This document shows positions 47,480-56,049 of a stretch of DNA of 61,480 nucleotides, piece by piece. The notes beneath the pieces are model-generated. The model did no database searches. It was not told where the DNA came from and worked only from the letters and a program-made list of their open reading frames with translations. Source of the stretch: Patescibacteria group bacterium (GTDB lineage Bacteria > Patescibacteriota > Minisyncoccia > Phycocordibacterales > Phycocordibacteraceae); NCBI GenBank assembly GCA_038062735.1, contig JBBTWN010000009.1:1-61480 (forward strand), given 5' to 3'. The first letter of the stretch is position 1. Each line of letters starts with the position of its first letter. The position numbers and the translations under genes are program-made.

Positions 47480-49669
47480 ATGACCTTGGCCGTTATTCTC
47501 CGTCGGACGATTATCTGTGGCATATTTTTGACCCCGTTTATTCCGCTTATCGTCGCCAATGACTTCTTTTTCCCGTTTATTACGGGCAAAAATTTTACGT
47601 TTAGGGTTATCGTCGAGGCTATCGCGACCTTGTGGGTGGCGCTCGCCCTAATAGATGTGACGGCACGACCTCGCCGCTCAGTGCTCCTGTGGGCCACCGG
47701 TGCATTTGTGTTGTCAATTCTAGTCTCAGCCGTTGTCGGTGAGAACTTCCATAAGAGCTTCTTTTCAAATTTTGAGCGTATGGAAGGGTGGTTGGGGCTC
47801 GCGCACATGGGTGCATTTTTCTTGGTGACGACGAGTGTTATGCAGGGAGAAAAAATATGGCGCTGGTTTTGGAACACGTCACTCGCTGTTTCAGTTGTCG
47901 TTGGTATTTACTGTGTATTCCAGCTCGCGGGGCTCGCAGAAATTCATCAGGGTGGCACGCGCATTGATGCAACGCTCGGAAACGCGACATATCTCGCCGT
48001 GTATATGCTTTTCCACGTCTTTATTGCGCTTCTCGCGCTCGCGCGCTGGACGAATGGCAACAAACTACTGCAACTCGCGTATGCCGCGATAGCAGTTTTT
48101 GATGCGGTGCTGATTTTCTACTCTGCAACTCGCGGTTCAATGTTGGGACTCGCTGGCGGACTCATGCTCGCGGGCCTCGTTATGGTCATCTGGGGCAAAG
48201 GCCTAGAGAAGCTCCGCATGGCTGGCGCCGCGATGTTTATTGTGGTGATACTTGCAGCCGGATTTCTCTACATGGTTAAAGATTCTGACTATGTAAAAAA
48301 TCATGAAATATTTGGTCGCCTCACCTCGCTCTCTCTTTCAGAAGGAGCGACACGTTTTACAGTTTGGAGTATGGCTATTCAAGGAGTTATGGAGCGGCCG
48401 ATCTTTGGTTGGGGACAAGAAAACTTTAACTACATCTTCAACAAGTATTACAAGGCGAGCATGTACGGACAGGAGCCGTGGTTTGATCGCGCACACAATG
48501 TGATCATGGACTGGCTCGTCGCAGGCGGTATTGTCGGCATTGTGCTTTATCTTTCGCTCTACGTGATAGTTATTTGGTATTTGTTCAGGCCCGGCTCTCC
48601 CTTTGATGTAGTTGAAAAAGCGTTACTCATTGGCCTTCTCGCCGCGCACGCGTTCCATAATCTGTTTGTGTTTGATCAGTTGGTATCATATATGTTCTTC
48701 TTCCTTATATTGGGGTACATCACGACGCGCGCGATACCACAAAATTCTATAGGTACACCGGTGTCGTCAAGTACCGCGCAGGCAGCACTCGCCGGATCGG
48801 TTGTTCTCGGCGCGCTTGTTTTCTATTTTGCAACCGCACAGAATATATATGCCACCCGAACGATTATTGAGGCGATACGTCCCCAAGAATCAGTCACCAA
48901 TCCCGGCACTGAAGATATCAGCATTAACCTCGCCAATTTTAAGCTCGTGGCTAACCATGGTGGTATTGGGCGTCAAGAAATTCGCGAGCAGTTAGTGGAT
49001 TTTGCCAATAGAAAGGCCGCGACGCCGGGCTACGATCAGGTGGTGGTTACCGAGCTCGTCCAACTCGCGCGTGACTCCTTTGCAGATGAAATCACAAAAA
49101 ACCCAGACGATGCACGTCTCCGCATATTCATGGGTGCATTTTTACGCGGTATTGGAGACACGCAGGGTGCGCAGGAGAATCTCGCTCGTGCGAGCGAGCT
49201 CAGTCCAGAAAAGCAGGCGATTATGTTTGAGCGCGGCATTTTGGAGCTCAATGCAGGCAATGTACAAGGGGCCGTGGATTGGTTCAAAAAAGCATATGAG
49301 AGTGAACCAAACTTTGAACAGGCGCGTGTGTTCTATGCTGCGCTCGCTATTCGCATTAAGGATTTTGAGCTTGCAGATTCACTCCTTATGCCACACTTTG
49401 GAACTCGAACCCCTGATGATCAATACATTCTGCAGGCCTATCTCGACATTGGCGATTTGGAGAGTGCGCTCGGCATTCTTAAGGGACGGCTCGAGAAAAA
49501 CCCAAACTCCGCTCAAGCACATATCGATTATGCGCTTGGACTCTACAAGTCGCGCAGGGATGTTGAGGCAGTGATCGAGCTCAGAAAGGCTATAGAAATT
49601 GAGCCACAATTTAAAGCGCAGGGCGAGGCATTTATTAAGGAGGTAGAAGCAGGGACGGCGCCTCGCTAG
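47480..49669 (+). CDS. O-antigen ligase/polymerase-like (Wzy_C) membrane protein with C-terminal TPR repeats
   Basis: Polytopic N-terminal 430 aa with YSATRGSMLGLAGGLML. The C-terminus carries TPR-like repeats (GAVDWFKKAYESEPNFEQA...). Confidence 0.8.
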   Translation: MTLAVILRRTIICGIFLTPFIPLIVANDFFFPFITGKNFTFRVIVEAIATLWVALALIDVTARPRRSVLLWATGAFVLSILVSAVVGENFHKSFFSNFERMEGWLGLAHMGAFFLVTTSVMQGEKIWRWFWNTSLAVSVVVGIYCVFQLAGLAEIHQGGTRIDATLGNATYLAVYMLFHVFIALLALARWTNGNKLLQLAYAAIAVFDAVLIFYSATRGSMLGLAGGLMLAGLVMVIWGKGLEKLRMAGAAMFIVVILAAGFLYMVKDSDYVKNHEIFGRLTSLSLSEGATRFTVWSMAIQGVMERPIFGWGQENFNYIFNKYYKASMYGQEPWFDRAHNVIMDWLVAGGIVGIVLYLSLYVIVIWYLFRPGSPFDVVEKALLIGLLAAHAFHNLFVFDQLVSYMFFFLILGYITTRAIPQNSIGTPVSSSTAQAALAGSVVLGALVFYFATAQNIYATRTIIEAIRPQESVTNPGTEDISINLANFKLVANHGGIGRQEIREQLVDFANRKAATPGYDQVVVTELVQLARDSFADEITKNPDDARLRIFMGAFLRGIGDTQGAQENLARASELSPEKQAIMFERGILELNAGNVQGAVDWFKKAYESEPNFEQARVFYAALAIRIKDFELADSLLMPHFGTRTPDDQYILQAYLDIGDLESALGILKGRLEKNPNSAQAHIDYALGLYKSRRDVEAVIELRKAIEIEPQFKAQGEAFIKEVEAGTAPR

Positions 49670-49672
49670 TGG

Positions 49673-49701
49673 TTGCTTTCCGCGGCTAGCTATGCTATAA
49701 T
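49673..49701 (+). promoter_or_regulatory. promoter-like TTGCTT, 17-nt spacer, TATAAT
   Basis: -35 at 49673-49678 and -10 at 49696-49701, about 170 nt upstream of murB. Confidence 0.45.
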
Positions 49702-49743
49702 GGGCGTGTGAGTGTCACTTCACTGTGACTCCTCGAAAATCTG

Positions 49744-49773
49744 CACGAGGTCCCGCGCAAGCGGGATTTCGTG
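49744..49773 (+). other. 13-bp hairpin capped by GCAA tetraloop in the murB upstream region
   Basis: CACGAGGTCCCGC-GCAA-GCGGGATTTCGTG, including two G-U pairs. Confidence 0.5.
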
Positions 49774-49873
49774 TATACTAGTGTTTGTTGTCCTTTCTGT
49801 GCGGCTGGCGGCGGCACTCACATAGATTTTCATTGGAGCTCGCACCCGTCAGTCGCACAGTGGGGAGAACATC

Positions 49874-50884
49874 ATGGATCGTCGTTACAACATACAAACT
49901 GCTCTGCACTCAACCTTTAAGGTTGGCGGAGAAGCACACTCGTTGATTCGTGTCGCTGATGCAGCAGATGTAGCACACGCATATCGCACAGCGCGTGCTG
50001 AAGGTATCAGTGTTATCCCTATGGGTTCCGGCTCCAATATATTAATGCCTGATGGCGCGGTGAACGCCATGCTCATTCAATCTGCCGACGAACATATCTC
50101 ATTTGTGCTTAAGAAACAGGCCGTTCATCTCACCGTAGGTGCAGGTGTTGTGTGGGACGACGTGGTCGCGCTCGCCGTGTCGCGTGGGTGGTGGGGGATT
50201 GAAAATTTATCCGGCATACCAGGGACGGTTGGTGGTGCAGTAGTTCAGAATATCGGTGCATACGGCGCGGTGCTGTCAGATGTTGTTGAGTCAATCAGTG
50301 TGTATGACACCATCGAACAAAAAGCGATCACCATATCTCGTGCGCGTGCTGATTTTGGATATCGAACGAGCATTTTTAAAAAATCCCACGGGAGATACTT
50401 TGTTATGCGCGTGACGTTGCTGCTGTCGTTACACGCGACCCCGCGCATTGGATACAAGGACCTCGATGAATATTTTAAGCACGTGGGCTCTACAACCATC
50501 GCAGAAATACGAAACGCCGTGCTCCATATACGCGCACGCAAATTTCCACCGCTCGATACCTATGGCACCGCCGGCTCCTTCTTTTTGAATCCTGTGGTGA
50601 CACGAGATGTTGCAGAAGAACTGCAGTCACGCTATGCAGCAATGCCACTCTTTGATTTACCTGAAGGTGGAACAAAAGTTCCGCTCGCGTGGCTTCTCGA
50701 GCATGTGGTGAAAGTGCACGGCATGCGCATTGGTGGTGCGTTTGTGTGGCCACAGCAATCATTGGTGATCGTAACAGATAACACTGCTACGAGTGCGGAT
50801 GTACGCATGTTGGCACAAAAAATTGTGCAGCGCGTGTACGATGTCGTGCAAATCAAAATTTCTCCAGAAGTGCACATCATTTAG
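49874..50884 (+). CDS. murB: UDP-N-acetylenolpyruvoylglucosamine reductase
   Basis: FKVGGEA and GSGSNIL FAD-binding motifs. 336 aa. Confidence 0.9.
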   Translation: MDRRYNIQTALHSTFKVGGEAHSLIRVADAADVAHAYRTARAEGISVIPMGSGSNILMPDGAVNAMLIQSADEHISFVLKKQAVHLTVGAGVVWDDVVALAVSRGWWGIENLSGIPGTVGGAVVQNIGAYGAVLSDVVESISVYDTIEQKAITISRARADFGYRTSIFKKSHGRYFVMRVTLLLSLHATPRIGYKDLDEYFKHVGSTTIAEIRNAVLHIRARKFPPLDTYGTAGSFFLNPVVTRDVAEELQSRYAAMPLFDLPEGGTKVPLAWLLEHVVKVHGMRIGGAFVWPQQSLVIVTDNTATSADVRMLAQKIVQRVYDVVQIKISPEVHII

Positions 50885-51056
50885 TTATCCACACTGAAGT
50901 TTTTTTAAGCATTGTTATAGTGCGTAGATATTCAATAATGAGTGTAAGCTTGTATTGCGACGCAGGAATGAGTGTTCGCACAACTCACTCATTCACCAGG
51001 TCGGGCGTCGAGCGCACTACAAGTCGTTTATTCACCAAACAAAAATAAAAAATTGT

Positions 51057-51122
51057 ATGGCAAAGAAAAAGGCGAAGAAGACGACGAAGAAGGCAAAGCG
51101 CTCTTCGAAGAAGCGCCGATAG
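51057..51122 (+). CDS. candidate 21-aa Lys/Arg-rich micropeptide MAKKKAKKTTKKAKRSSKKRR
   Basis: ATG-initiated ORF followed 36 nt later by a strong terminator. It is below the track cutoff and speculative. Confidence 0.3.
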   Translation: MAKKKAKKTTKKAKRSSKKRR

Positions 51123-51157
51123 TTCGGCCCGGTTTTCTCCGCGGAGAAAATCCTCAG

Positions 51158-51187
51158 AAAACGCCCCGGTGTCCGGGGCGTTTTTTC
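51158..51187 (+). terminator. intrinsic terminator
   Basis: ACGCCCCGG-tgt-CCGGGGCGT followed by TTTTTT. Confidence 0.75.
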
Positions 51188-51229
51188 TATTCCGATCATT
51201 TTGTGAGCCATGGTACACTCATACATGCT

Positions 51230-53695
51230 ATGAGCCTTTTAGACAGTATATTTGGCCGTACTTCGCCCTTGTTAGGCGAGGGGCAGAAGCTCGTGTCTCA
51301 GGTTTCAGCGCTCGAAGGTGAGACGAAAGGTCTCTCAGACACATCTTTGAAAGCGGTGACCGATGCCCTTCGTGCCGAGCTTGCAGCAGGCGCGACACTG
51401 GATTCGTTAGTGCCACGTGCATTTGCTGCCGTCCGTGAGGCGTCGCGCCGGACACTGAGTGAGCGACACTATGATGTGCAAATTATTGGTGGTTATGTAC
51501 TCCATCGTGGTGCAATCGCAGAAATGCGAACGGGAGAAGGAAAAACGTTAGTCGCCACACTCCCCGTATATGCAAATGCGCTCGTTGGTCGCGGTGTACA
51601 TGTAGTCACGGTGAATGATTATTTGGCTCGCCGTGACGGCGTATGGATGGGCCAGATTTACCACGCGCTCGGCATGACAGTCGGCATTATTAATCATGAT
51701 CAGTCGTATCGATATGACCCAACTGCGGTGAAAGCGGATGACGCGGTATCGCTCGATGCTACCGTTGATACTCTCGGTTCATTTAAGGTGGTGCATGAAT
51801 TTATGCGACCCTGCACACGACACGAAGCGTATGCGGCGGACATCACGTACGGCACTAACAATGAATTTGGCTTTGACTATCTTCGCGATAATCTTGAGTA
51901 CGATCAGGCAAAAGTTCGTCAACGTGACCACTACTACGCGGTCGTTGATGAGGTTGATTCGATTTTGATTGATGAGGCGCGTACACCACTTATCATTTCA
52001 GGACCATCACAAGATGCCGAAGCGCTCTATCTCCAATTTGCTGCGATTGCAAAAACGTTACACGATGTCGACGATTATGTCATCAATGAAAAAGATCACG
52101 CTGCACTGTTGACTGATCGCGGTATTGAGAAGGCTGAGAGGGCGCTCGGTATTGAAAACATGTATGCAGAGGGTGGTGCGAAAATGGTCCATCACCTTGA
52201 GAACGCTGTAAAAGCAAAAGCGCTCTATCACAAAGACAAGGAGTATGTAGTGAAGGGAAACGAAATCGTTATCGTCGATGAGTTTACCGGGCGACTACAA
52301 CCAGGCAGGCGCTGGTCAGAGGGACTCCATCAAGCGATCGAAGCCAAGGAGGGTGTACCAATACAAAAGGAGTCGCAAACGTATGCGAGTGTCACTTTTC
52401 AAAACTACTTTCGCATGTACGATAAGGTCGCCGGCATGACAGGGACGGGACTAACGAGCCAAGAAGAGCTCTATGCGGTCTATAAACTCGACGTGGTCCC
52501 GATACCGACGCACCGTGCTATTCAACGCCGCGACGAACCGGACAAGATATTTCAAAATGAAGCAGGTAAGTTTCGCGCCCTGACCGCGGAGGTAAAGGTG
52601 AGGCACGCTCACGGCCAGCCTGTCCTCATTGGTACTACCTCGATTGAAATGAATGAGCGTTTGTCAGAGTATTTGAGAGGGGCGGGTATCCCGCATGAAG
52701 TGTTGAATGCCAAAAACCATGAGCGCGAGGGAGAGATTATTGCTGACGCAGGAAAGCGGGGTGCGGTAACCGTTGCTACCAACATGGCTGGTCGTGGGGT
52801 AGATATTAAGCTTGGTGGACCAATGGCCGAGGAGTCGGCTCGAGACGAGGTGCGAAAAATCGGCGGACTGTTCGTTATCGGCACAGAACGGCATGACGCG
52901 AGACGCATCGACAACCAGCTTCGCGGTCGAGCGGGTAGACAAGGCGACCCCGGCGAGACGCAGTTCTTTGTATCGCTTGAGGACAAACTCATGCGCATTT
53001 TCGCGTCTGACATGGTAAAGCGTATGATGGGTAATCTCGGTATTCAAGAAGACGAGCCGATCCAGAGCCGTTTGGTGTCTCGTGCGCTTGAGAGTGCGCA
53101 GGAGAAGATTGAGGGCCACAACTTTGATTCTCGCAAGCACGTGCTCGGTTTTGATGACGTGTTAAACCACCAGCGCTCAACGGTATATGGGAGAAGACGC
53201 GAAGTTCTGTTTGGCGACGCCGCTCATGTTTTGGCTCAGGCTCGAGAGCACCTTATGTCTGATAGCGCGGATCAAGGGATCATCGAAGCAAAGCGAGAAG
53301 AAATAGGCGAGGAAGCACTGGTTGCGGTATTACGGCGAATCTTGCTTCAAGCATACGATCTCTTTTGGATAGAGCATATCGACACGATGGAGCACCTACG
53401 CCAGTCAGTTAACCTCCGTTCCTATGGTGGTCGTGATCCATTTACAGAATACAGAAAGGAGGGACTGCGCCTCTTCCGTACACTTGAAGCAAACCTCGCG
53501 CATTTCGTTGCAGAGGCGATACCGCGTATTGAGCGCGTCGAGCGAGTGCAGATGCCGGAATCTATATTGACCTCAGGTGGCAAAAAGTATGAGCGCAATG
53601 CGTTCGTGACTATAACTGACGGCACCGAGACCAGAGAAATGAAATTTAAGAAGGCTGAGCCCCTACTCCGCGCAGGCTGGCGGATTGTCGAATAG
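51230..53695 (+). CDS. secA: preprotein translocase ATPase SecA
   Basis: MRTGEGKTLVATLP Walker A, DEVDSILIDEARTPLIIS, and TNMAGRGVDI. The N-terminus MSLLDSIFG is typical. TGgTACACT (51211-51219) lies upstream. Confidence 0.95.
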   Translation: MSLLDSIFGRTSPLLGEGQKLVSQVSALEGETKGLSDTSLKAVTDALRAELAAGATLDSLVPRAFAAVREASRRTLSERHYDVQIIGGYVLHRGAIAEMRTGEGKTLVATLPVYANALVGRGVHVVTVNDYLARRDGVWMGQIYHALGMTVGIINHDQSYRYDPTAVKADDAVSLDATVDTLGSFKVVHEFMRPCTRHEAYAADITYGTNNEFGFDYLRDNLEYDQAKVRQRDHYYAVVDEVDSILIDEARTPLIISGPSQDAEALYLQFAAIAKTLHDVDDYVINEKDHAALLTDRGIEKAERALGIENMYAEGGAKMVHHLENAVKAKALYHKDKEYVVKGNEIVIVDEFTGRLQPGRRWSEGLHQAIEAKEGVPIQKESQTYASVTFQNYFRMYDKVAGMTGTGLTSQEELYAVYKLDVVPIPTHRAIQRRDEPDKIFQNEAGKFRALTAEVKVRHAHGQPVLIGTTSIEMNERLSEYLRGAGIPHEVLNAKNHEREGEIIADAGKRGAVTVATNMAGRGVDIKLGGPMAEESARDEVRKIGGLFVIGTERHDARRIDNQLRGRAGRQGDPGETQFFVSLEDKLMRIFASDMVKRMMGNLGIQEDEPIQSRLVSRALESAQEKIEGHNFDSRKHVLGFDDVLNHQRSTVYGRRREVLFGDAAHVLAQAREHLMSDSADQGIIEAKREEIGEEALVAVLRRILLQAYDLFWIEHIDTMEHLRQSVNLRSYGGRDPFTEYRKEGLRLFRTLEANLAHFVAEAIPRIERVERVQMPESILTSGGKKYERNAFVTITDGTETREMKFKKAEPLLRAGWRIVE

Positions 53696-53719
53696 GTGTG
53701 CTGGTGGTAGGCTAGTTCT

Positions 53720-53977
53720 ATGTCCGAGGAGGCAGCACGTGCTCGCATACGGGAGATTTATGATGGAGTGCCGCTCCTCCGCGCTCGCCTCGGCGAACGT
53801 CTGAGTGGCGGCGAGAAGCTTATGCTCGACGGTGCACATCTCATGGCGCTGATGTTTCTCCGCTCTGGCGGACCATTTTCAGAAGTGACGAAGGAGATTT
53901 CCACAGCAGAGTCCATCGTTGCAACCATCAAACGTCGCCATAATACTAAGCCCGAGCTTGTGCGTACTTCACCATAA
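53720..53977 (+). CDS. hypothetical protein (85 aa)
   Basis: ORF with TGgTAGGCT (53705-53713) 6 nt upstream of the ATG. Confidence 0.45.
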   Translation: MSEEAARARIREIYDGVPLLRARLGERLSGGEKLMLDGAHLMALMFLRSGGPFSEVTKEISTAESIVATIKRRHNTKPELVRTSP

Positions 53978-53999
53978 ATCCGGAAACCCAGAGTAAACC

Positions 54000-54689
54000 C
54001 TACGTGTGGATGTTTATATACCCGACAAGCTCCTTCATCCTCTTTTCGGAGTACGTAAAATGAGGATTGGGAACAGCGATGACATAGAAGTGCGGGTAGA
54101 CTGGATCAAATAGATGATCGACGAGCGGATTGGTGAAATGAAACCCTCGAGTGGTGCTCGGCGTCCAGCCCCCAGCCTCAACGGTTTTTATGAGCGTATC
54201 TCGAGTGAAGAAGTTTACATGCGCATCGGATAGACTGCCCTGGAATTTTTTGAAACGCAGCAGCGACACCACCTTAGGAATACACGGCACTCCGAGAATG
54301 AGTATGCCGCCAGGCTCTAAGTAGTCTCGTATCTTGCGAAGAAAATTGTGCGTTGAATAGAGGTGTTCAAATAGGTTATTAGCAAAAATCACATCGTACT
54401 TTTCCTCCAAAACAAAACTATCCGATTCGATGTTCCCACATCTGATGTCTAACCCCTTTTCTTGTCCATAGGCAGCTTCAGATGGGGTGATAGTAACACC
54501 GGTGCTTCCTGTACCAAAGCGAGCAACAAACTCGCCAAACGTGCATCCAATATCGAGCACGCGTTTTTTGTCTAAACCAAAAGTCCTGACTATATTGTTA
54601 AACGTTTTTGATTTGGATGTATTTTCAAAACGTTTTTCTGTTTTCGGATTCATACGAGGACAGTACCATGTCCAATCAGTATACGCCAT
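54000..54689 (-). CDS. class I SAM-dependent methyltransferase
   Basis: VLDIGCTFGEF motif I and DVIFANNLFEHL. Confidence 0.8.
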   Translation of the reverse strand: MAYTDWTWYCPRMNPKTEKRFENTSKSKTFNNIVRTFGLDKKRVLDIGCTFGEFVARFGTGSTGVTITPSEAAYGQEKGLDIRCGNIESDSFVLEEKYDVIFANNLFEHLYSTHNFLRKIRDYLEPGGILILGVPCIPKVVSLLRFKKFQGSLSDAHVNFFTRDTLIKTVEAGGWTPSTTRGFHFTNPLVDHLFDPVYPHFYVIAVPNPHFTYSEKRMKELVGYINIHT

Positions 54690-54696
54690 TTCTTAG

Positions 54697-54705
54697 TGGT
54701 ATACT
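54697..54705 (+). promoter_or_regulatory. extended -10 TGgTATACT, overlapping a minus-strand TATACC box
   Basis: The hexamer at 54700-54705 ends 6 nt before ATG 54712. The reverse-strand hexamer at 54698-54703 lies 8 nt before the minus-strand ATG at 54689. Confidence 0.5.
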
Positions 54706-54711
54706 TTTTGC

Positions 54712-55047
54712 ATGGTACATCTACTACTACGTGTCCTCGGGGGTGCTGCGGCAGTGCTTGCTGCAGCGTATTTGGTACCTGGCATCCATGTCGCTGATTT
54801 TTATGTGGCGCTTATCGTTGCCATTTTACTCGGTATTATCGGTGTGACATTAAAGCCCATACTCGCCATTCTCACTCTGCCGATTACACTTCTGACATTC
54901 GGACTATTCTCGTTCATCATTAATGCAGCTATTCTGTGGTTTGTCGCTAGTTTTGTCGACGGGTTTGATATTGATACGTTTGTCGCTGCGCTCATAGGCT
55001 CGCTCGTTATATCAGTTGTACAGTGGGTGTTACATCGCATTGTGTGA
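54712..55047 (+). CDS. phage holin family 4 / DUF360 (YvlD-like) membrane protein
   Basis: AAAYLVPGIHVADF...LKPILAILTLPITLLTFGLFSFIINAAILW...VDGFDIDTF closely follows the family consensus. Confidence 0.85.
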   Translation: MVHLLLRVLGGAAAVLAAAYLVPGIHVADFYVALIVAILLGIIGVTLKPILAILTLPITLLTFGLFSFIINAAILWFVASFVDGFDIDTFVAALIGSLVISVVQWVLHRIV

Positions 55048-55059
55048 TAGGGTAGGTGA

Positions 55060-56040
55060 ATGGCGTTAGTTGATTGCATAACCATAAAGGCAGCAGCGGG
55101 AAAGGGAGGCGACGGAGTTGTTCGGTGGCTCCATATCAAAGGAAAAGAGAAAGGGGGGCCATCTGGGGGTGATGGCGGACGCGGCGGTAATATTGTATTT
55201 CGTGCGGTGCGCGACCTTGGTGTTTTGGCACGGTACAAAGGCAAGACGCAGTTTAGGGCACAAAATGGCGAGTCCGGAGGATCCGACAAAAAGCATGGAG
55301 CTGACGGCGCTTCTATATATATAGAAGTACCGGTTGGGTCCGTCGTGACACAGGGCAGAGGAGACGTCTTTGAGCTCCTGAGTGATGGCCAAGAGGTAAT
55401 TGCGCTCAAAGGCGGCAACGGTGGCTATGGAAACGATCACTTTAAATCCTCAACCAACATTAATCCGTATGAAGCGGTGCCCGGGCAGCAGGGTGAGTCA
55501 GATACCTTTCGGATAGAACTTAAAATTATTGCTGACGCGGGGCTCGTTGGACTTCCAAACGCCGGGAAATCATCACTCTTAAACGCGCTTACTCGTGCAC
55601 AGGCTAAGGTAGGGGATTACCCATTCACTACACTCGAACCCAATCTCGGTGTTCTTTATAACTACGTTATAGCGGACATCCCGGGTCTTATCGAGGGAGC
55701 CGCAGAGGGCAAAGGTCTTGGTCATGAGTTCTTGAAGCATATTGAACGGACGCGGGGCATAGTACATCTGGTAGCTTTAGACGGAGAGGACCCGGTGAAG
55801 GCCTATTCCACCGTTCGCGCTGAGCTTAAGAGCTACAATGCTGCACTAGTCGGGCGTCCCGAGCTCATATTTTTGACTAAATCAGATACTGTGGACGCCG
55901 GGCGGGTAGACAACATGAAACTGGCTATAGCGGGGCTCGCTGCCCCCGGGGCCACCATTGAAGCCATTACGGTGCTTGACGACGCAGTTATGAAGACCAC
56001 ATCTGACACCCTAGTACAATTTCTCCAACAATCGGTGTAA
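55060..56040 (+). CDS. obg: GTPase Obg
   Basis: Glycine-rich Obg fold (GKGGDGVVRW, GGPSGGDGGRGGNIVF). G1 GLPNAGKSS, G3 DIPG, G4 TKSD. Confidence 0.92.
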   Translation: MALVDCITIKAAAGKGGDGVVRWLHIKGKEKGGPSGGDGGRGGNIVFRAVRDLGVLARYKGKTQFRAQNGESGGSDKKHGADGASIYIEVPVGSVVTQGRGDVFELLSDGQEVIALKGGNGGYGNDHFKSSTNINPYEAVPGQQGESDTFRIELKIIADAGLVGLPNAGKSSLLNALTRAQAKVGDYPFTTLEPNLGVLYNYVIADIPGLIEGAAEGKGLGHEFLKHIERTRGIVHLVALDGEDPVKAYSTVRAELKSYNAALVGRPELIFLTKSDTVDAGRVDNMKLAIAGLAAPGATIEAITVLDDAVMKTTSDTLVQFLQQSV

Positions 56041-56049
56041 CATAGGGGT

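Noticed and set aside
49751-49767. The hairpin CCCGCGCAAGCGGGAT is identical to a stretch of E. coli M1 (RNase P) RNA.
   Set aside because: The surrounding 200 nt lacks GAAAGUCC and other RNase P core motifs and is too short. A GC-rich GNRA hairpin can recur by chance.
50972-51229. ORF-track model extending SecA by 86 N-terminal residues (start at 50972).
   Set aside because: The extension runs through a strong intrinsic terminator (51158-51187) and has no SecA-like sequence. MSLLDSIFG at 51230 is a typical SecA N-terminus with its own extended -10 box upstream.
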